Notes under the pieces: model-generated
Seen by the model: only the letters and a program-made list of their open reading frames with translations
The model's database searches: none
What the model was told of the DNA's origin: nothing
Part shown: positions 20,190 through 30,096 of the stretch, piece by piece
Layout: each line of letters opens with the position of its first letter
Position numbering within the stretch: position 1 is the stretch's first letter
Translations under genes and position numbers: made by a program
NCBI GenBank assembly: GCA_964515915.1
Contig: CAZEXM010000003.1
Coordinates: 1 to 45,092, forward strand
Origin: an uncultured Victivallaceae bacterium
GTDB lineage: Bacteria; Verrucomicrobiota; Lentisphaeria; Victivallales; Victivallaceae
Reading direction: 5' to 3'
Length of the DNA stretch: 45,092 nucleotides

Positions 20190-20426
20190 TTTTGCCTCGC
20201 AAAATTTAACCATTTCTCAATTTTATACAAATCAGTCCGTTTCCATTCGAAAAGAAGATAGCATTAAACTTCCCGAAAAGCAAGCAAACGAACAGGAATA
20301 GCAGCTTAATTTATATGTGTAATCGTAATGCCTCACTGAACATTGGTCAACATTTCAAGGATAAGGCGTGTTCTAATACATCACAAGCGGAACGTTGAAC
20401 GACATTAAAAAAATCCCGCCGGACAC

Positions 20427-20455
20427 TTGACATTCAAGCTGATTCCCGCTATATT
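20427..20455 (+). promoter_or_regulatory. candidate sigma-70 promoter for dgt
   Basis: TTGACA (20427-20432), a 17-nt spacer, then TATATT (20450-20455). It lies about 95 nt upstream of the ATG at 20551. Confidence 0.5.
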
Positions 20456-20550
20456 GCTGATGTTGTTTCGTTGACCATCTTTCAAATATCGCTGAACGTA
20501 CACCGCGGCTTCAAAAACATTATTTTGAACCGGGCTGAGGAGAGTTTCCT

Positions 20551-21921
20551 ATGGAATGGAAAAAACTGCTATCATCACAACGCCTCGGCAGGAGCGGGGC
20601 GGCGGAGTTTGTTCCCGGACGATCTCCTTTTCAACAGGATTTTGACCGTATTTCTTTTTCATCGGCTTTCCGGCGCCTGCAGGATAAGGCGCAAGTGTTT
20701 CCTTTAGCGGAAAATGATTATGTCCGCACCCGTTTGACGCACAGCATGGAAGTCGCTTGTGTCGGACGTTCTTTAGGTACCGGCGTTGGAGTATACATTT
20801 GCGCGAACCATGAACTTGGAGCGATTCAACCCAGTGATATCGGCGCGATTGTCGCCGCGGCCGGTTTGGCGCACGATATTGGCAATCCCCCGCTGGGACA
20901 CGCGGGCGAAGAAACTATTCGAGACTGGTTCTGTCATTCCGTTATTGGCGGGAAGATGAGCCGGGAAATGACGGACAGACAGCGGGCCGACATCGTCAAT
21001 TATGAAGGTAACGCCCAGGGCTTCAGGGTGTTGGCAAAATTACAAATGCCCGACAATGTCGGAGGAATGCAGCTTACCTGCGCGACACTCGCGGCTTTTG
21101 CCAAATACCCGATTGAAGCAGTAAACATAAAAAAACTGTCCGGAATAGGCGCTAAAAAGTTTAATTTTTTTCAGGATGACCGTGATTTGTTCGCCCGGGT
21201 CGCGGCAAATACCGGTTTGCGCCGAGTGCCGGGCCGGGACTACGCCTGGAGCCGTCATCCATTAGTGTTCCTGGTTGAAGCGGCTGATGATATTTCTTAT
21301 CACATTGTCGATTTTGAAGACGGGCATAAGCTTGGCATTATTTCCTACGGCGAAATAGAGGAATTATTCATGCGCGTCATTGACGATGCGAAAGTGATAA
21401 AATATATTAAGACTTTGCAGGATCCGGTGCGCAAGGTTGAATTTATGCGCGCCAAAGCCATCGGCAAACTCATTGCTGAGCTGATTGAAGTTTTTATCAA
21501 AAAGCATGATGAAATTTTAGCCGGCGAATTAAATAAGGCTTTAGTGGAATTAATTCCTTCAAACGCGGCGCTGCAAATAATTCAACAGCGCAGTGCGGAT
21601 GATATTTATACCTACCAGCGGGCAGTGGAAATAGAAGCCGCCGGTTTTGAGCTCACGGAAGGCTTGCTCAACACCTTTGCCGCCGCCGTGAATAATTGCG
21701 CGGAAGCCAGGTTAAAGGGGGAGAAAGCGTCTTACCGCAGCATAAAAATGCTGCAGCTCATTCCTGAGAGTTATTGCCGAATGGACGATCACGAATGGCT
21801 TATTGACCCATATATCCGTTTATTAAGTATTTTGGATTTTATCTCCAGCATGACTGATTCTTACGCAGTCGCCTTGTATAAGAAGATAAAAGGTATTTCC
21901 CTGCCTTCCGGCAATATGTAG
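20551..21921 (+). CDS. dgt: dGTP triphosphohydrolase-like HD-domain protein
   Basis: RTRLTHSMEV and HDIGNPPLGHAGE HD-domain motifs, plus a FQQDFDRI N-terminal block typical of the Dgt family. Confidence 0.85.
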   Translation: MEWKKLLSSQRLGRSGAAEFVPGRSPFQQDFDRISFSSAFRRLQDKAQVFPLAENDYVRTRLTHSMEVACVGRSLGTGVGVYICANHELGAIQPSDIGAIVAAAGLAHDIGNPPLGHAGEETIRDWFCHSVIGGKMSREMTDRQRADIVNYEGNAQGFRVLAKLQMPDNVGGMQLTCATLAAFAKYPIEAVNIKKLSGIGAKKFNFFQDDRDLFARVAANTGLRRVPGRDYAWSRHPLVFLVEAADDISYHIVDFEDGHKLGIISYGEIEELFMRVIDDAKVIKYIKTLQDPVRKVEFMRAKAIGKLIAELIEVFIKKHDEILAGELNKALVELIPSNAALQIIQQRSADDIYTYQRAVEIEAAGFELTEGLLNTFAAAVNNCAEARLKGEKASYRSIKMLQLIPESYCRMDDHEWLIDPYIRLLSILDFISSMTDSYAVALYKKIKGISLPSGNM

Positions 21922-21928
21922 TTTTGCT

Positions 21929-23059
21929 TCAGCCGCGCAATGAATAAATTTTTCCGGGATGCTGAACCAGCATCATTTTCATCGCCATTTTCGTCAGCAG
22001 AGCGTTCAGGGCGGCAACCGGAATATCGCTGTTACCAGCTAAAGAATCAAAAGATTTTGCTTCACCCTGTAGCAGTTGAATAATTTGATATTCGCTTTCA
22101 CTCATGTTTGCAGGTCTTGACGCTTCAATGTTCTCGTTGAATTCATTGCCGGCATTCTCATAGGCCTCCATACGTCCAAAACCCGGTAAATTTTCTAAAT
22201 CTTCTAAAATATCATTAAAATCTTCGGTCAATTTCGCGCCTTGTTTAATGAGTTTGTGACAGCCTTTGGCCTGTGGATTATCCACGTGCCCGGGAACCGC
22301 GAAAATATCTTTGCCCTGTTCCATTCCCAAATTGGCGGTAATCAGCGCACCGCTCCTAAGTCCCGCTTCAACAACCAGCACCGCTTGGCTTAAGCCGGAA
22401 ACGATGCGGTTGCGCCGCGGAAAAGATTGCCGGTTTACTGGAAATTTCATTGGAAATTCGCTTATCAAAGCTCCGCCGCTTTCAATGATTTCGCGCGCCA
22501 ATGGAACGTGTTCCTGAGGGTGGATCCGGGACAGGCCGCCTCCCAGTACCGCCACCGTTATGCCGCCGGCCTCAAGCGCCGCCTGATGCGCTATCGCGTC
22601 TATTCCAAAAGCCAGGCCGGAAATCACTTTCCAGTCCGCCAGGACCGCTGCCTCCGCGAGATGTCTCGCCATTTTACGCCCGTAAATAGTTGCCCGCCGG
22701 GAACCGACAATCGCCAATGAATTATAACTGAAGCCGGATAGTTTGCCGCGCACATATAAGCACAAAGGAGGATCGTAGATTCCTTTCAGGATTTCAGGAT
22801 ATTCGCCATCAGCCAGAGTAATAATTTGAGTTCCGCCCACTTTCGCGAATTCCAACTCGGCACGCAGGTCGATATCCCGTTCCCAGTGAATTATTTTGTC
22901 GGCCAAAGCCTCACTGATACCCTTTATCCGGGAAATATCGCCGCTGTTCTGCGCAAAAATTTTGTGCGGCTCGCCGAAGTTTTCGACCAATGCCTTGAAA
23001 CGCGCGGTTCCCACGCCCGAAACCATGTTTAAAATGATATAAGCTTCCTGATTAGTCAC
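21929..23059 (-). CDS. dprA: DNA-processing protein DprA (Smf)
   Basis: Rossmann-like DprA core (IVGSRRAT ... SGLAFGIDAIAHQAAL ... VLGGGL) and a C-terminal winged-helix-like tail. Confidence 0.85.
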   Translation of the reverse strand: MTNQEAYIILNMVSGVGTARFKALVENFGEPHKIFAQNSGDISRIKGISEALADKIIHWERDIDLRAELEFAKVGGTQIITLADGEYPEILKGIYDPPLCLYVRGKLSGFSYNSLAIVGSRRATIYGRKMARHLAEAAVLADWKVISGLAFGIDAIAHQAALEAGGITVAVLGGGLSRIHPQEHVPLAREIIESGGALISEFPMKFPVNRQSFPRRNRIVSGLSQAVLVVEAGLRSGALITANLGMEQGKDIFAVPGHVDNPQAKGCHKLIKQGAKLTEDFNDILEDLENLPGFGRMEAYENAGNEFNENIEASRPANMSESEYQIIQLLQGEAKSFDSLAGNSDIPVAALNALLTKMAMKMMLVQHPGKIYSLRG

Positions 23060-24143
23060 AGCAATTCCTTACAGCCTGGATAATTAAATCTGAATCAAGA
23101 TCGTCAACTATTGAAACCGCTCCGGGCGCGGCCGGTAAAATCAACTTGATTTTTGACGCTAATGTTTTTTTGTCATGAAGCATCGCGGCATAAATTTTTT
23201 CGGGCGCGAAACCGCTTGGAACACGAGTCGGCAGGCCCAGGTTTTCCAGCAGGGAATTTTGGCGACCGGCATAATCCCTGTTGACTCTCCCGCTCATAAC
23301 GGCAAGTTCGACGGCAAGCGCCATGCCGACAGCCACCGCCGCGCCGTGCGCGATGTCAAAGTTTGAAAGCAGTTCCACCGCATGCCCGAAAGTATGGCCG
23401 TAATTCAGGATGGCCCGCAGGCCGTTTTCGCGCTCATCCTGCGTGACGACTTCGGCTTTGAGTTCACAGCAGCGTTCGATGAGCAACGTATAAAAATCCA
23501 TATCCAGATTTTTTAAAGCGTCAATATTTTTTTCGAGAAGCTGGAAAAAGTCCCAATCCTGAATCATTCCATATTTAACGACCTCAGCTAAGCCGTTACG
23601 CAGTTCTTCCGCGGGCAGAGTTTTCAGGGTTTCCGGGTCAATAATCACCAATTCAGGCTGCCAGAACGCCCCGACCAGGTTTTTACCCTCGGGCAGGTCA
23701 ACGCCGGTTTTGCCGCCGACGCTGGAGTCAACCATTGCCAGCAGGCTGGTCGGTATTTGAATAAAGCCGATTCCGCGCATGTAAACCGCCGCCGCGAAGC
23801 CGGCCATATCTCCGCAAACCCCGCCGCCTAAAGCCAAAATCAGGGATTTCCGGTCAAGTCCAAGCTCAACAGCTTTACGGCAAATGTCAGTAACCGTCTC
23901 AATAGTTTTATGTTTTTCACCGGCGGGAAAAACAAATTTTGAAGAATCACAATGTTTCAGCTGTTCGATCCTGTCAAAATACAAAGGGCCGACATTGCTG
24001 TCAGTTATAGTAAGGGTGGAACGCTTTGAGCAGAATTCGCTCAGGACCTTGTTTAAATTCTGTAGAATCCCTGCTTTGAGCATTATCTTATAAGAGCGGT
24101 CTCCAAGGACGACCTGAATTTGTTTAAGTGCCTGCACTTTCAA
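23052..24143 (-). CDS. aroB: 3-dehydroquinate synthase
   Basis: GGGVCGDMAGFAAA, the nucleotide-binding SSVGGKTG and the metal-binding NYGHTFGHA. It overlaps dprA by 8 nt. Confidence 0.9.
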   Translation of the reverse strand: MKVQALKQIQVVLGDRSYKIMLKAGILQNLNKVLSEFCSKRSTLTITDSNVGPLYFDRIEQLKHCDSSKFVFPAGEKHKTIETVTDICRKAVELGLDRKSLILALGGGVCGDMAGFAAAVYMRGIGFIQIPTSLLAMVDSSVGGKTGVDLPEGKNLVGAFWQPELVIIDPETLKTLPAEELRNGLAEVVKYGMIQDWDFFQLLEKNIDALKNLDMDFYTLLIERCCELKAEVVTQDERENGLRAILNYGHTFGHAVELLSNFDIAHGAAVAVGMALAVELAVMSGRVNRDYAGRQNSLLENLGLPTRVPSGFAPEKIYAAMLHDKKTLASKIKLILPAAPGAVSIVDDLDSDLIIQAVRNCCD

Positions 24144-24375
24144 TCTCCGTATTGATTAATACAATACCATATTGCCGGAATGATACTTCTGCAAGCCCTG
24201 AAAGTAATAAGCTTCTTTGGATAGCCATATTTTTTCGAAGATAGAAACTTTGTCGATTTCCGGGATCCAGCATTTCCAGTTTTTATTTTTTTATAACTCA
24301 CTTTTGTTTGCATTTTGTTCTTGCAGGATGTATTTTTTACACTTATTCCAAATCATAATTTTTAAGGAGAAGCAA

Positions 24376-25692
24376 ATGGCCGGAATTTTCAAAGCATATG
24401 ATATTCGCGGAATTTATCCCGAACAGTTAAACGAGGAAATCGCGGAAAAAATCGGCCGCGCTTATGTAGAGTTTACCGGTGCTGAAAAAATTGTTGTCGG
24501 ACACGACATGCGGCCGCATTCAGTTCCATTATTCGCGGCTCTGGCCAAAGGAATGACCGAACAGGGCGCGGATGTTATTAATCTCGGAATGTGTTCAACT
24601 CCAATGTCTTATTTTGCCAACGGCAAACTGGGCGCCGACGGCAGTGTTATTATTACAGCTTCGCATAACCCGGCCGAATGGAACGGTTTTAAATTGTGCC
24701 GGGCAAAGGCGGTACCAATCAGCGGAGCCACCGGCATTATGGATATCGAAGGCATTGTCAATAGAGAATCCTGGAGCAAATGTGATAAAGCCGGAACTGT
24801 TTCCAATTATGATATCGCACCGGAATACGCGGAATTCCTGAGAAAACATGCCAGGGTTGACCGCAAATTAAAAGTTGTCGTTGATTACGCTAACGCCATG
24901 GGGTCTTTTGAAAGCGCCGGAATTGAGGAATTTTTTGAGATAATTCCACTGTATAAAGAACTCGACGGAACTTTTCCGAACCATGAAGCCAATCCTTTAA
25001 AACTGAGTACGCTGGACACTGTCCGGGAGAAAGTCAAGGAAGTCGGCGCTGATTTCGGCGCGGCATTCGACGGGGACGCTGACCGCTGCGGTTTTATCGA
25101 CGACAAAGGCGAAATTATCCCGATGGATTTATTTACCGCCTTAATCGCACAGGATATTTTAGCGGACGGGCCGGCGACAATTCTTTATGACCTGCGCAGC
25201 AGCCGCGCGGTCAGGGAATGCATTGAGGCAAACGGCGGCACTGCCGTTATGTCGCGTGTCGGACATGCTTTCATCAAAGCTCAAATGCGTGAATACGACG
25301 CGGTTTTTGCCGGCGAACTTTCCGGGCACTATTATTTCAGAGAGAACTACACCGCCGAATCGCAGGGTCTGGCTTTCATTAAATTTGCCAATCTTATCTG
25401 CAAAAGCGGAAAAACCAGCAGTGAACTGGTCGCGCCTTTACGCAAATACGCTTTCAGTGGAGAAATTAATTCAAAAGTACCGGATGCCAAAACCATTCTG
25501 GCTGAATTGAAGGAAAAATATGCCGACGGCAGGCAATTTGAATTAGACGGCTTAAGTGTTGAATACAAAAATTGGTGGTTTAATGTCCGGTCTTCAAACA
25601 CCGAGCCCTTATTGCGTTTGATTGTTGAAGCTGATGACGAATGTCTGATGAAGGCCAGACGCGACGAGATATTAGCAGTAATTCGCGGCTGA
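24376..25692 (+). CDS. phosphomannomutase/phosphoglucomutase
   Basis: Active-site TASHNPAEWNG, the Mg site FDGDADR and the sugar loop GELSGH. I use the start at MAGIFKAYDIRG (24376), preceded by AAGGAGA. The ORF-track start at 24217 is a hydrophobic, AT-rich extension. Confidence 0.9.
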   Translation: MAGIFKAYDIRGIYPEQLNEEIAEKIGRAYVEFTGAEKIVVGHDMRPHSVPLFAALAKGMTEQGADVINLGMCSTPMSYFANGKLGADGSVIITASHNPAEWNGFKLCRAKAVPISGATGIMDIEGIVNRESWSKCDKAGTVSNYDIAPEYAEFLRKHARVDRKLKVVVDYANAMGSFESAGIEEFFEIIPLYKELDGTFPNHEANPLKLSTLDTVREKVKEVGADFGAAFDGDADRCGFIDDKGEIIPMDLFTALIAQDILADGPATILYDLRSSRAVRECIEANGGTAVMSRVGHAFIKAQMREYDAVFAGELSGHYYFRENYTAESQGLAFIKFANLICKSGKTSSELVAPLRKYAFSGEINSKVPDAKTILAELKEKYADGRQFELDGLSVEYKNWWFNVRSSNTEPLLRLIVEADDECLMKARRDEILAVIRG

Positions 25693-25714
25693 TAAGCGGC
25701 CGGGCTTATTTTTT
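25692..25714 (+). terminator. putative intrinsic terminator after the mutase gene
   Basis: ataagc (25692-25697) pairs with gcttat (25704-25709) around loop ggccgg, followed by ttttt. Confidence 0.45.
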
Positions 25715-25984
25715 GACGGCTTCTTTAAATAATAAAAATGAGTCCAGCGGCAATCCGCCGGCCCCGTTGCTCCTTCTCGCTCTTCTAAAAACACATGTTG
25801 CGCCCCGGCGCCTGTGGAGCACGGATAGACACTTTTAGATGCATTTATATAGTTTTTAGATAAAACCGTTTGCTCTTGTTTTGTTTAGGTGGTAGATTAT
25901 GCGGGTTTAGTATATTTAACAGGCAGTAATGGAAGCAGATTAATTACCCTAATTATAATTTAACATAAAACTGAGGTTAGATTG

Positions 25985-27970
25985 ATGGTAGATAAACAAA
26001 GCCTTAGCAAGGAAGTCGATAATTCTAAATTAATGACTAAATTATCCGTCCTTGGCGGCATCGGAGCCCTGATTCTCGCTATTCTGATATTGACCCTCGG
26101 AATCGCGTCAAATTTTGCCGGTTCAGATACCTTTAACTTAGCTGTTCTGCCTTATTGCCTGGCGGCTTTATTCGCTTTCAGCGCAATGTTTTACGGCTTG
26201 ATGTCAACATCCGCCGCCCGCGAGGAAGAAGAAAAACTGCTGCTGGCAAACCGCAAGAAAAATAATATTTTGAATATTGAGGAAGACGTTCGTTTTACCG
26301 CCGGGCGCTCTTTCGAAAATTACAAAAAATTTGCTCCATTTGTCCTCGCCGGGCTTGGCGCGCTAATCCTCGCGGTGATTGTTTCCAGTTTTTATTCAAG
26401 CTGGGGAGCAAGGCCTGAAGATGCGGCAACATTGCCTGCCGACGCAAATCTCTCCGCTTTCGTTTCAGGTATTCTTATGCTGATAAGTATTTTTGCCGGG
26501 GCTTTCCTGGTTGGACAGTCGCGCGCTAAAACTTTCCGCTGGCTGCAGCCGCTCGGAGCCTGGCTGATCCTGGGCTTTGTGGTTCTGCTGGCCGCCGGGA
26601 TTTCCACTCTTTTATCCGATAAACTCCTGCCGCGGGCTGATTATTACACTTCACGAATCATCATTGTCGTTTATATCGTTCTGGGAGCTGAGTTTGTTTT
26701 TAACCTGCTTGTTGAGTTTTACCGCCCGCGGACAATCGAAGAACCACGCCCCGTATTTGAAAGCCGCCTGCTTGCTTTATTTACTGAACCGGGCGGCGTC
26801 ATGCGCAATATCGCCGACACCCTCGACTATCAATTCGGCTTCAAAGTCTCAGGTACATGGATTTACCATTTTATCGGAAAAGCCATGTTTCCCATATTCG
26901 TCGTTTGGATACTGGTTTTGTGGGCTTTTACCTGCATTCAGGAAATCGGCCCCAACGAAGTCGGCATCAGGCAGCGTTTCGGCAAAATCGTCAGCAAAAA
27001 ACAACTCCCTCCGGGAGTCTACCTGACGCTTCCTTATCCCTTTGGAAAAATTGCGCGTTATTCCTGTTCCGAAATTCATCAGATTACGATTGGCGCGCAC
27101 AGCGAACCCGGGAAGCACAAAGAAAATATTCCGCGAATCATTTTATGGACCCGGAAACATTCTGCCGCGGAAGCAAAATATTTAGTAGCGGTAAAACCAA
27201 ACGCGATTTTTAAAAAGGCCATTGCCCGGGAAACTCAGAAAAAAACTCTTGTCGGCAGAAAAAACATCCTGTCGCAAAGCAATGCCACCCCGGTTTCATT
27301 TCTGAGTTCGTCAATTCCTATCCAGTACCGGATAAAAAAAGACAAACTTATCAATTTTGCCTATAATTACCGCAATGCGGAAAAAGTACTCAAGAACATT
27401 GGCGAAATGGAAGCGACCAGATATTTTGCCAGCGTCGATTTTATGTCGATAATGTCTTATGATCGCCACAAAGCAGCAGAAACTCTCCACTCAAGAATTC
27501 AAAACGCTGTTGACGCTATTGACCTGGGAGTTGAAATTGTGCGGGTAAACCTGCTTGATGTTCACCCACCGGTCGGGGATGTCGCCAAGAGCTTCCAAAA
27601 AGTTATTGAAGCTCTTGAGAATAAGGAAACTCAGATATTGGAGGCCAAAGCTTATCGTTCAAGCACTCTGCCGGTAATCCAGTCCCAGGTGGCAAACATC
27701 GTCGCTATCGCGGAAGGCTACAGGTATCGGGTGAAAACCGTGGCAAAAGCTGAAAGTGAGCGTTTCGAAAAACAATTGAAAGCTTTTGAAATCATGCCGG
27801 GAATTTACAAACTGCGTACTTATTTAGCCTTCCTTGAAAAAGATACCGCTAATATTCGCAAGTTTATAGTCAGCGCTTCAATGCCATATCAAGTCTATGA
27901 ATTAAATTTCGAGCAAAAACAGCGGCTTGATCTGATCGACGCGGATCTTGGCGCTATCAGTCAGAAATAA
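25985..27970 (+). CDS. polytopic membrane protein with C-terminal SPFH/band-7 (HflK-like) domain
   Basis: About 300 aa with several hydrophobic helices come first. Then follows IQEIGPNEVGIRQRFGKIV ... PPGVYLTLPYPFGKI, the typical SPFH entry motif, and then a coiled-coil tail. GAGG lies upstream of the ATG at 25985. Confidence 0.75.
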   Translation: MVDKQSLSKEVDNSKLMTKLSVLGGIGALILAILILTLGIASNFAGSDTFNLAVLPYCLAALFAFSAMFYGLMSTSAAREEEEKLLLANRKKNNILNIEEDVRFTAGRSFENYKKFAPFVLAGLGALILAVIVSSFYSSWGARPEDAATLPADANLSAFVSGILMLISIFAGAFLVGQSRAKTFRWLQPLGAWLILGFVVLLAAGISTLLSDKLLPRADYYTSRIIIVVYIVLGAEFVFNLLVEFYRPRTIEEPRPVFESRLLALFTEPGGVMRNIADTLDYQFGFKVSGTWIYHFIGKAMFPIFVVWILVLWAFTCIQEIGPNEVGIRQRFGKIVSKKQLPPGVYLTLPYPFGKIARYSCSEIHQITIGAHSEPGKHKENIPRIILWTRKHSAAEAKYLVAVKPNAIFKKAIARETQKKTLVGRKNILSQSNATPVSFLSSSIPIQYRIKKDKLINFAYNYRNAEKVLKNIGEMEATRYFASVDFMSIMSYDRHKAAETLHSRIQNAVDAIDLGVEIVRVNLLDVHPPVGDVAKSFQKVIEALENKETQILEAKAYRSSTLPVIQSQVANIVAIAEGYRYRVKTVAKAESERFEKQLKAFEIMPGIYKLRTYLAFLEKDTANIRKFIVSASMPYQVYELNFEQKQRLDLIDADLGAISQK

Positions 27971-28007
27971 AACAAATAACGTAATTATATAAAGGAGTCA
28001 GAAAGTT

Positions 28008-28946
28008 ATGACGACAAAGAACAAGTTTTTCACTCATTGGCCGACCTTGCTGTTAGGTTTTATCGTTGCCGCGTTTTTTCTGATGACGATATTCTCATTT
28101 CAAATTGCGGAAACTGAAACCGCGATAGTAACGACTCTCGGGACTCCAAGCGAAGAAACCATCAAACCGGGACTGCACCTCAGATGGCCCTTCCCGATCC
28201 AGAAAGTATACCGCTTTGACCGCCGCTTCCGCTGTTTCTCAGGAATCGCGGGCAAGGACGGACAGGAGACTTCAACCCGGGACAATCAAAATATAATCGT
28301 CGGTATTTTTATCAATTACCGCATTGTTGACGCGAAAAAGTTTTACAGTTCCTTTGTGACAATCCGCAAAGGAGAAGCGCAGCTCAACAACTGGATGCGT
28401 GGAATTACTCTCGAGGTTTTCGGACGTTATAATTTCGGTCAACTGGTTAATGTTGATTCTAAAAAAATGCGCCTGGCGCAAATTCAGGATGAAATTTTAA
28501 AAGAATTAAGCAGGCAGGCTCAATCTTCCGGTATAGAAATTCGTTTTGTTGGAATTAATTCCCTGAACATTCCGGAATCGATTAGTAAAAGCGTTTTTGA
28601 CCGCATGATTCAGGAACGCAAAGTTGAAGCTGAAAGATTCCTGGCTGAAGGCAGAAGCGAAGCTCAAAGAATAAAAACCGAAGTAAATCGCGAAAGAGAC
28701 GAAAAATTGGCGAAAGCCACCGCGAAAGCTAAAGAGATCAGAGCTCAAGGCGATGCGGAAGCGGCGAAATATTACAGCACCTACAAGAAAAGTCCGGAAT
28801 TGGCTGCTTTTCTGCGCAAACTCGATTCACTCCGCACAATCATGAAATCAAAAACCACTTTGATTCTCGATACAAATTCTGCTCCGTTTGATATATTCAA
28901 AATGGATGCCGAAAAACTTAACATCGCCGGTCCCCGGAAAAAATAA
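28008..28946 (+). CDS. SPFH/band-7 protein, HflC-like
   Basis: A single N-terminal TM, then FQIAETETAIVTTLG ... KPGLHLRWPFPIQKVYRFDRR, and an Ala/Glu/Lys/Arg-rich coiled coil (RERDEKLAKATAKAKEIRAQGDAEAAKYY). Confidence 0.8.
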   Translation: MTTKNKFFTHWPTLLLGFIVAAFFLMTIFSFQIAETETAIVTTLGTPSEETIKPGLHLRWPFPIQKVYRFDRRFRCFSGIAGKDGQETSTRDNQNIIVGIFINYRIVDAKKFYSSFVTIRKGEAQLNNWMRGITLEVFGRYNFGQLVNVDSKKMRLAQIQDEILKELSRQAQSSGIEIRFVGINSLNIPESISKSVFDRMIQERKVEAERFLAEGRSEAQRIKTEVNRERDEKLAKATAKAKEIRAQGDAEAAKYYSTYKKSPELAAFLRKLDSLRTIMKSKTTLILDTNSAPFDIFKMDAEKLNIAGPRKK

Positions 28947-28965
28947 CAAGCGGAGATTTTTTCAA

Positions 28966-30072
28966 ATGGACAAATCAAATACAACAAAAGCTCCCGGTGA
29001 ACAGCAGGACAGCCTCTACGATGCGGGCCTGAAATCCCTGGTCAGAAGTTTACAGATAGTTTTTATATTTCTCGTAATCATAATTCTCGGAATGCTGATC
29101 CGTTTTCTCACCCTGGAAGGATATTTCTACGTGAAAAAATCTCAGGAAGCGGTCATCGTCCTGCGTTTTGGAAAATACATCGACACTTTCGATCAGGGAT
29201 GGCATTGGTTTTTACCCTACCCCATACACAAATTCATCACTTTCAGAACAAACCGCCAGACTCTCAGGGTCAACTTTCTGCCGGCCAGGCGCCCGGTTCC
29301 TCCGGGACAAGCCCAGCGCGGCGGGCCGCTCGTTCCGGGCCAGGACTCTTATCTCATTACCGGCGGAGCCAACATCATACATACACAATGGGTTATCAAT
29401 TACAAAATTGTCAATCCGAAAGATTATTATGAAAACACTTCATGGCCGAAAAATCCAATGGATGCCGACGAAATAGAAAAAGGCGATATTCCGGGAACCC
29501 GCGGCCCGCAGACAATGCTGCGCGCCTTCCTGCGTGACGCGGTTATTCAAATAACCGCGTCCATGAAAGTGGATGCCATTTTGACTCAACAGAAATTGGC
29601 TTATAAGGACAAGGTTTATAGTTTATTCTCTAAAAATCTCGCAAAAATGAACTGCGGCATAGAGATTATCAGCCTCGACTTGAACAATGTCGCCCCGCCT
29701 TTGAGCACTAAAAACGCCTTTAGCGCGGTAACCAATGCCGGTACCGCCGCTTCCGCGTTAGTGGACAAGGCGAAGGAGTACAGAGTCCGTGCGGAGAATG
29801 ATGCTGAAACAAAAGTCGCCCAGATTCATGCTGACGCGACGGTTTATAAAACAGAAGTCGTGTCCCAGTCAAAAGCTGACAGCATTTACTTCGACAGCAT
29901 TTACAAAGAATACAAACACAATCCCGATACGGTTTTGATGGCCCTGTACAACAATACTTTGTCTGCGGTGTTTGATAAAATCGATCAAAAATATATTATC
30001 AGCAGCCGTACGGGAGGTAAACAGGAAGTCCGTATAAAAATCAATCCTGAATTGCTTAAAAGAAAAGAATAA
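28966..30072 (+). CDS. SPFH/band-7 protein, HflK-like
   Basis: An N-terminal TM, then YVKKSQEAVIVLRFGKY ... GWHWFLPYPIHKF. I use the start at MDKSNTT (28966), after GGAG. The ORF-track start at 28888 would overlap the previous gene by 59 nt. Confidence 0.75.
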   Translation: MDKSNTTKAPGEQQDSLYDAGLKSLVRSLQIVFIFLVIIILGMLIRFLTLEGYFYVKKSQEAVIVLRFGKYIDTFDQGWHWFLPYPIHKFITFRTNRQTLRVNFLPARRPVPPGQAQRGGPLVPGQDSYLITGGANIIHTQWVINYKIVNPKDYYENTSWPKNPMDADEIEKGDIPGTRGPQTMLRAFLRDAVIQITASMKVDAILTQQKLAYKDKVYSLFSKNLAKMNCGIEIISLDLNNVAPPLSTKNAFSAVTNAGTAASALVDKAKEYRVRAENDAETKVAQIHADATVYKTEVVSQSKADSIYFDSIYKEYKHNPDTVLMALYNNTLSAVFDKIDQKYIISSRTGGKQEVRIKINPELLKRKE

Positions 30073-30096
30073 AGACTTAAACTAAGGGGCGTAAAA

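Noticed and set aside
22262-22282. DnaA-box-like sequence (ttatccacg) within a near-palindrome
   Set aside because: It is a single imperfect box inside the dprA coding sequence, with no cluster of boxes and no AT-rich unwinding element. It is not an origin.
24217-24375. N-terminal extensions in the ORF track (24217, and likewise 12197, 20213, 28888, 36366, 40653, 38310, 37489, 25982)
   Set aside because: In each case an internal ATG with a good Shine-Dalgarno sequence begins the conserved family N-terminus. The upstream extension is hydrophobic or AT-rich, or it overlaps the previous gene.
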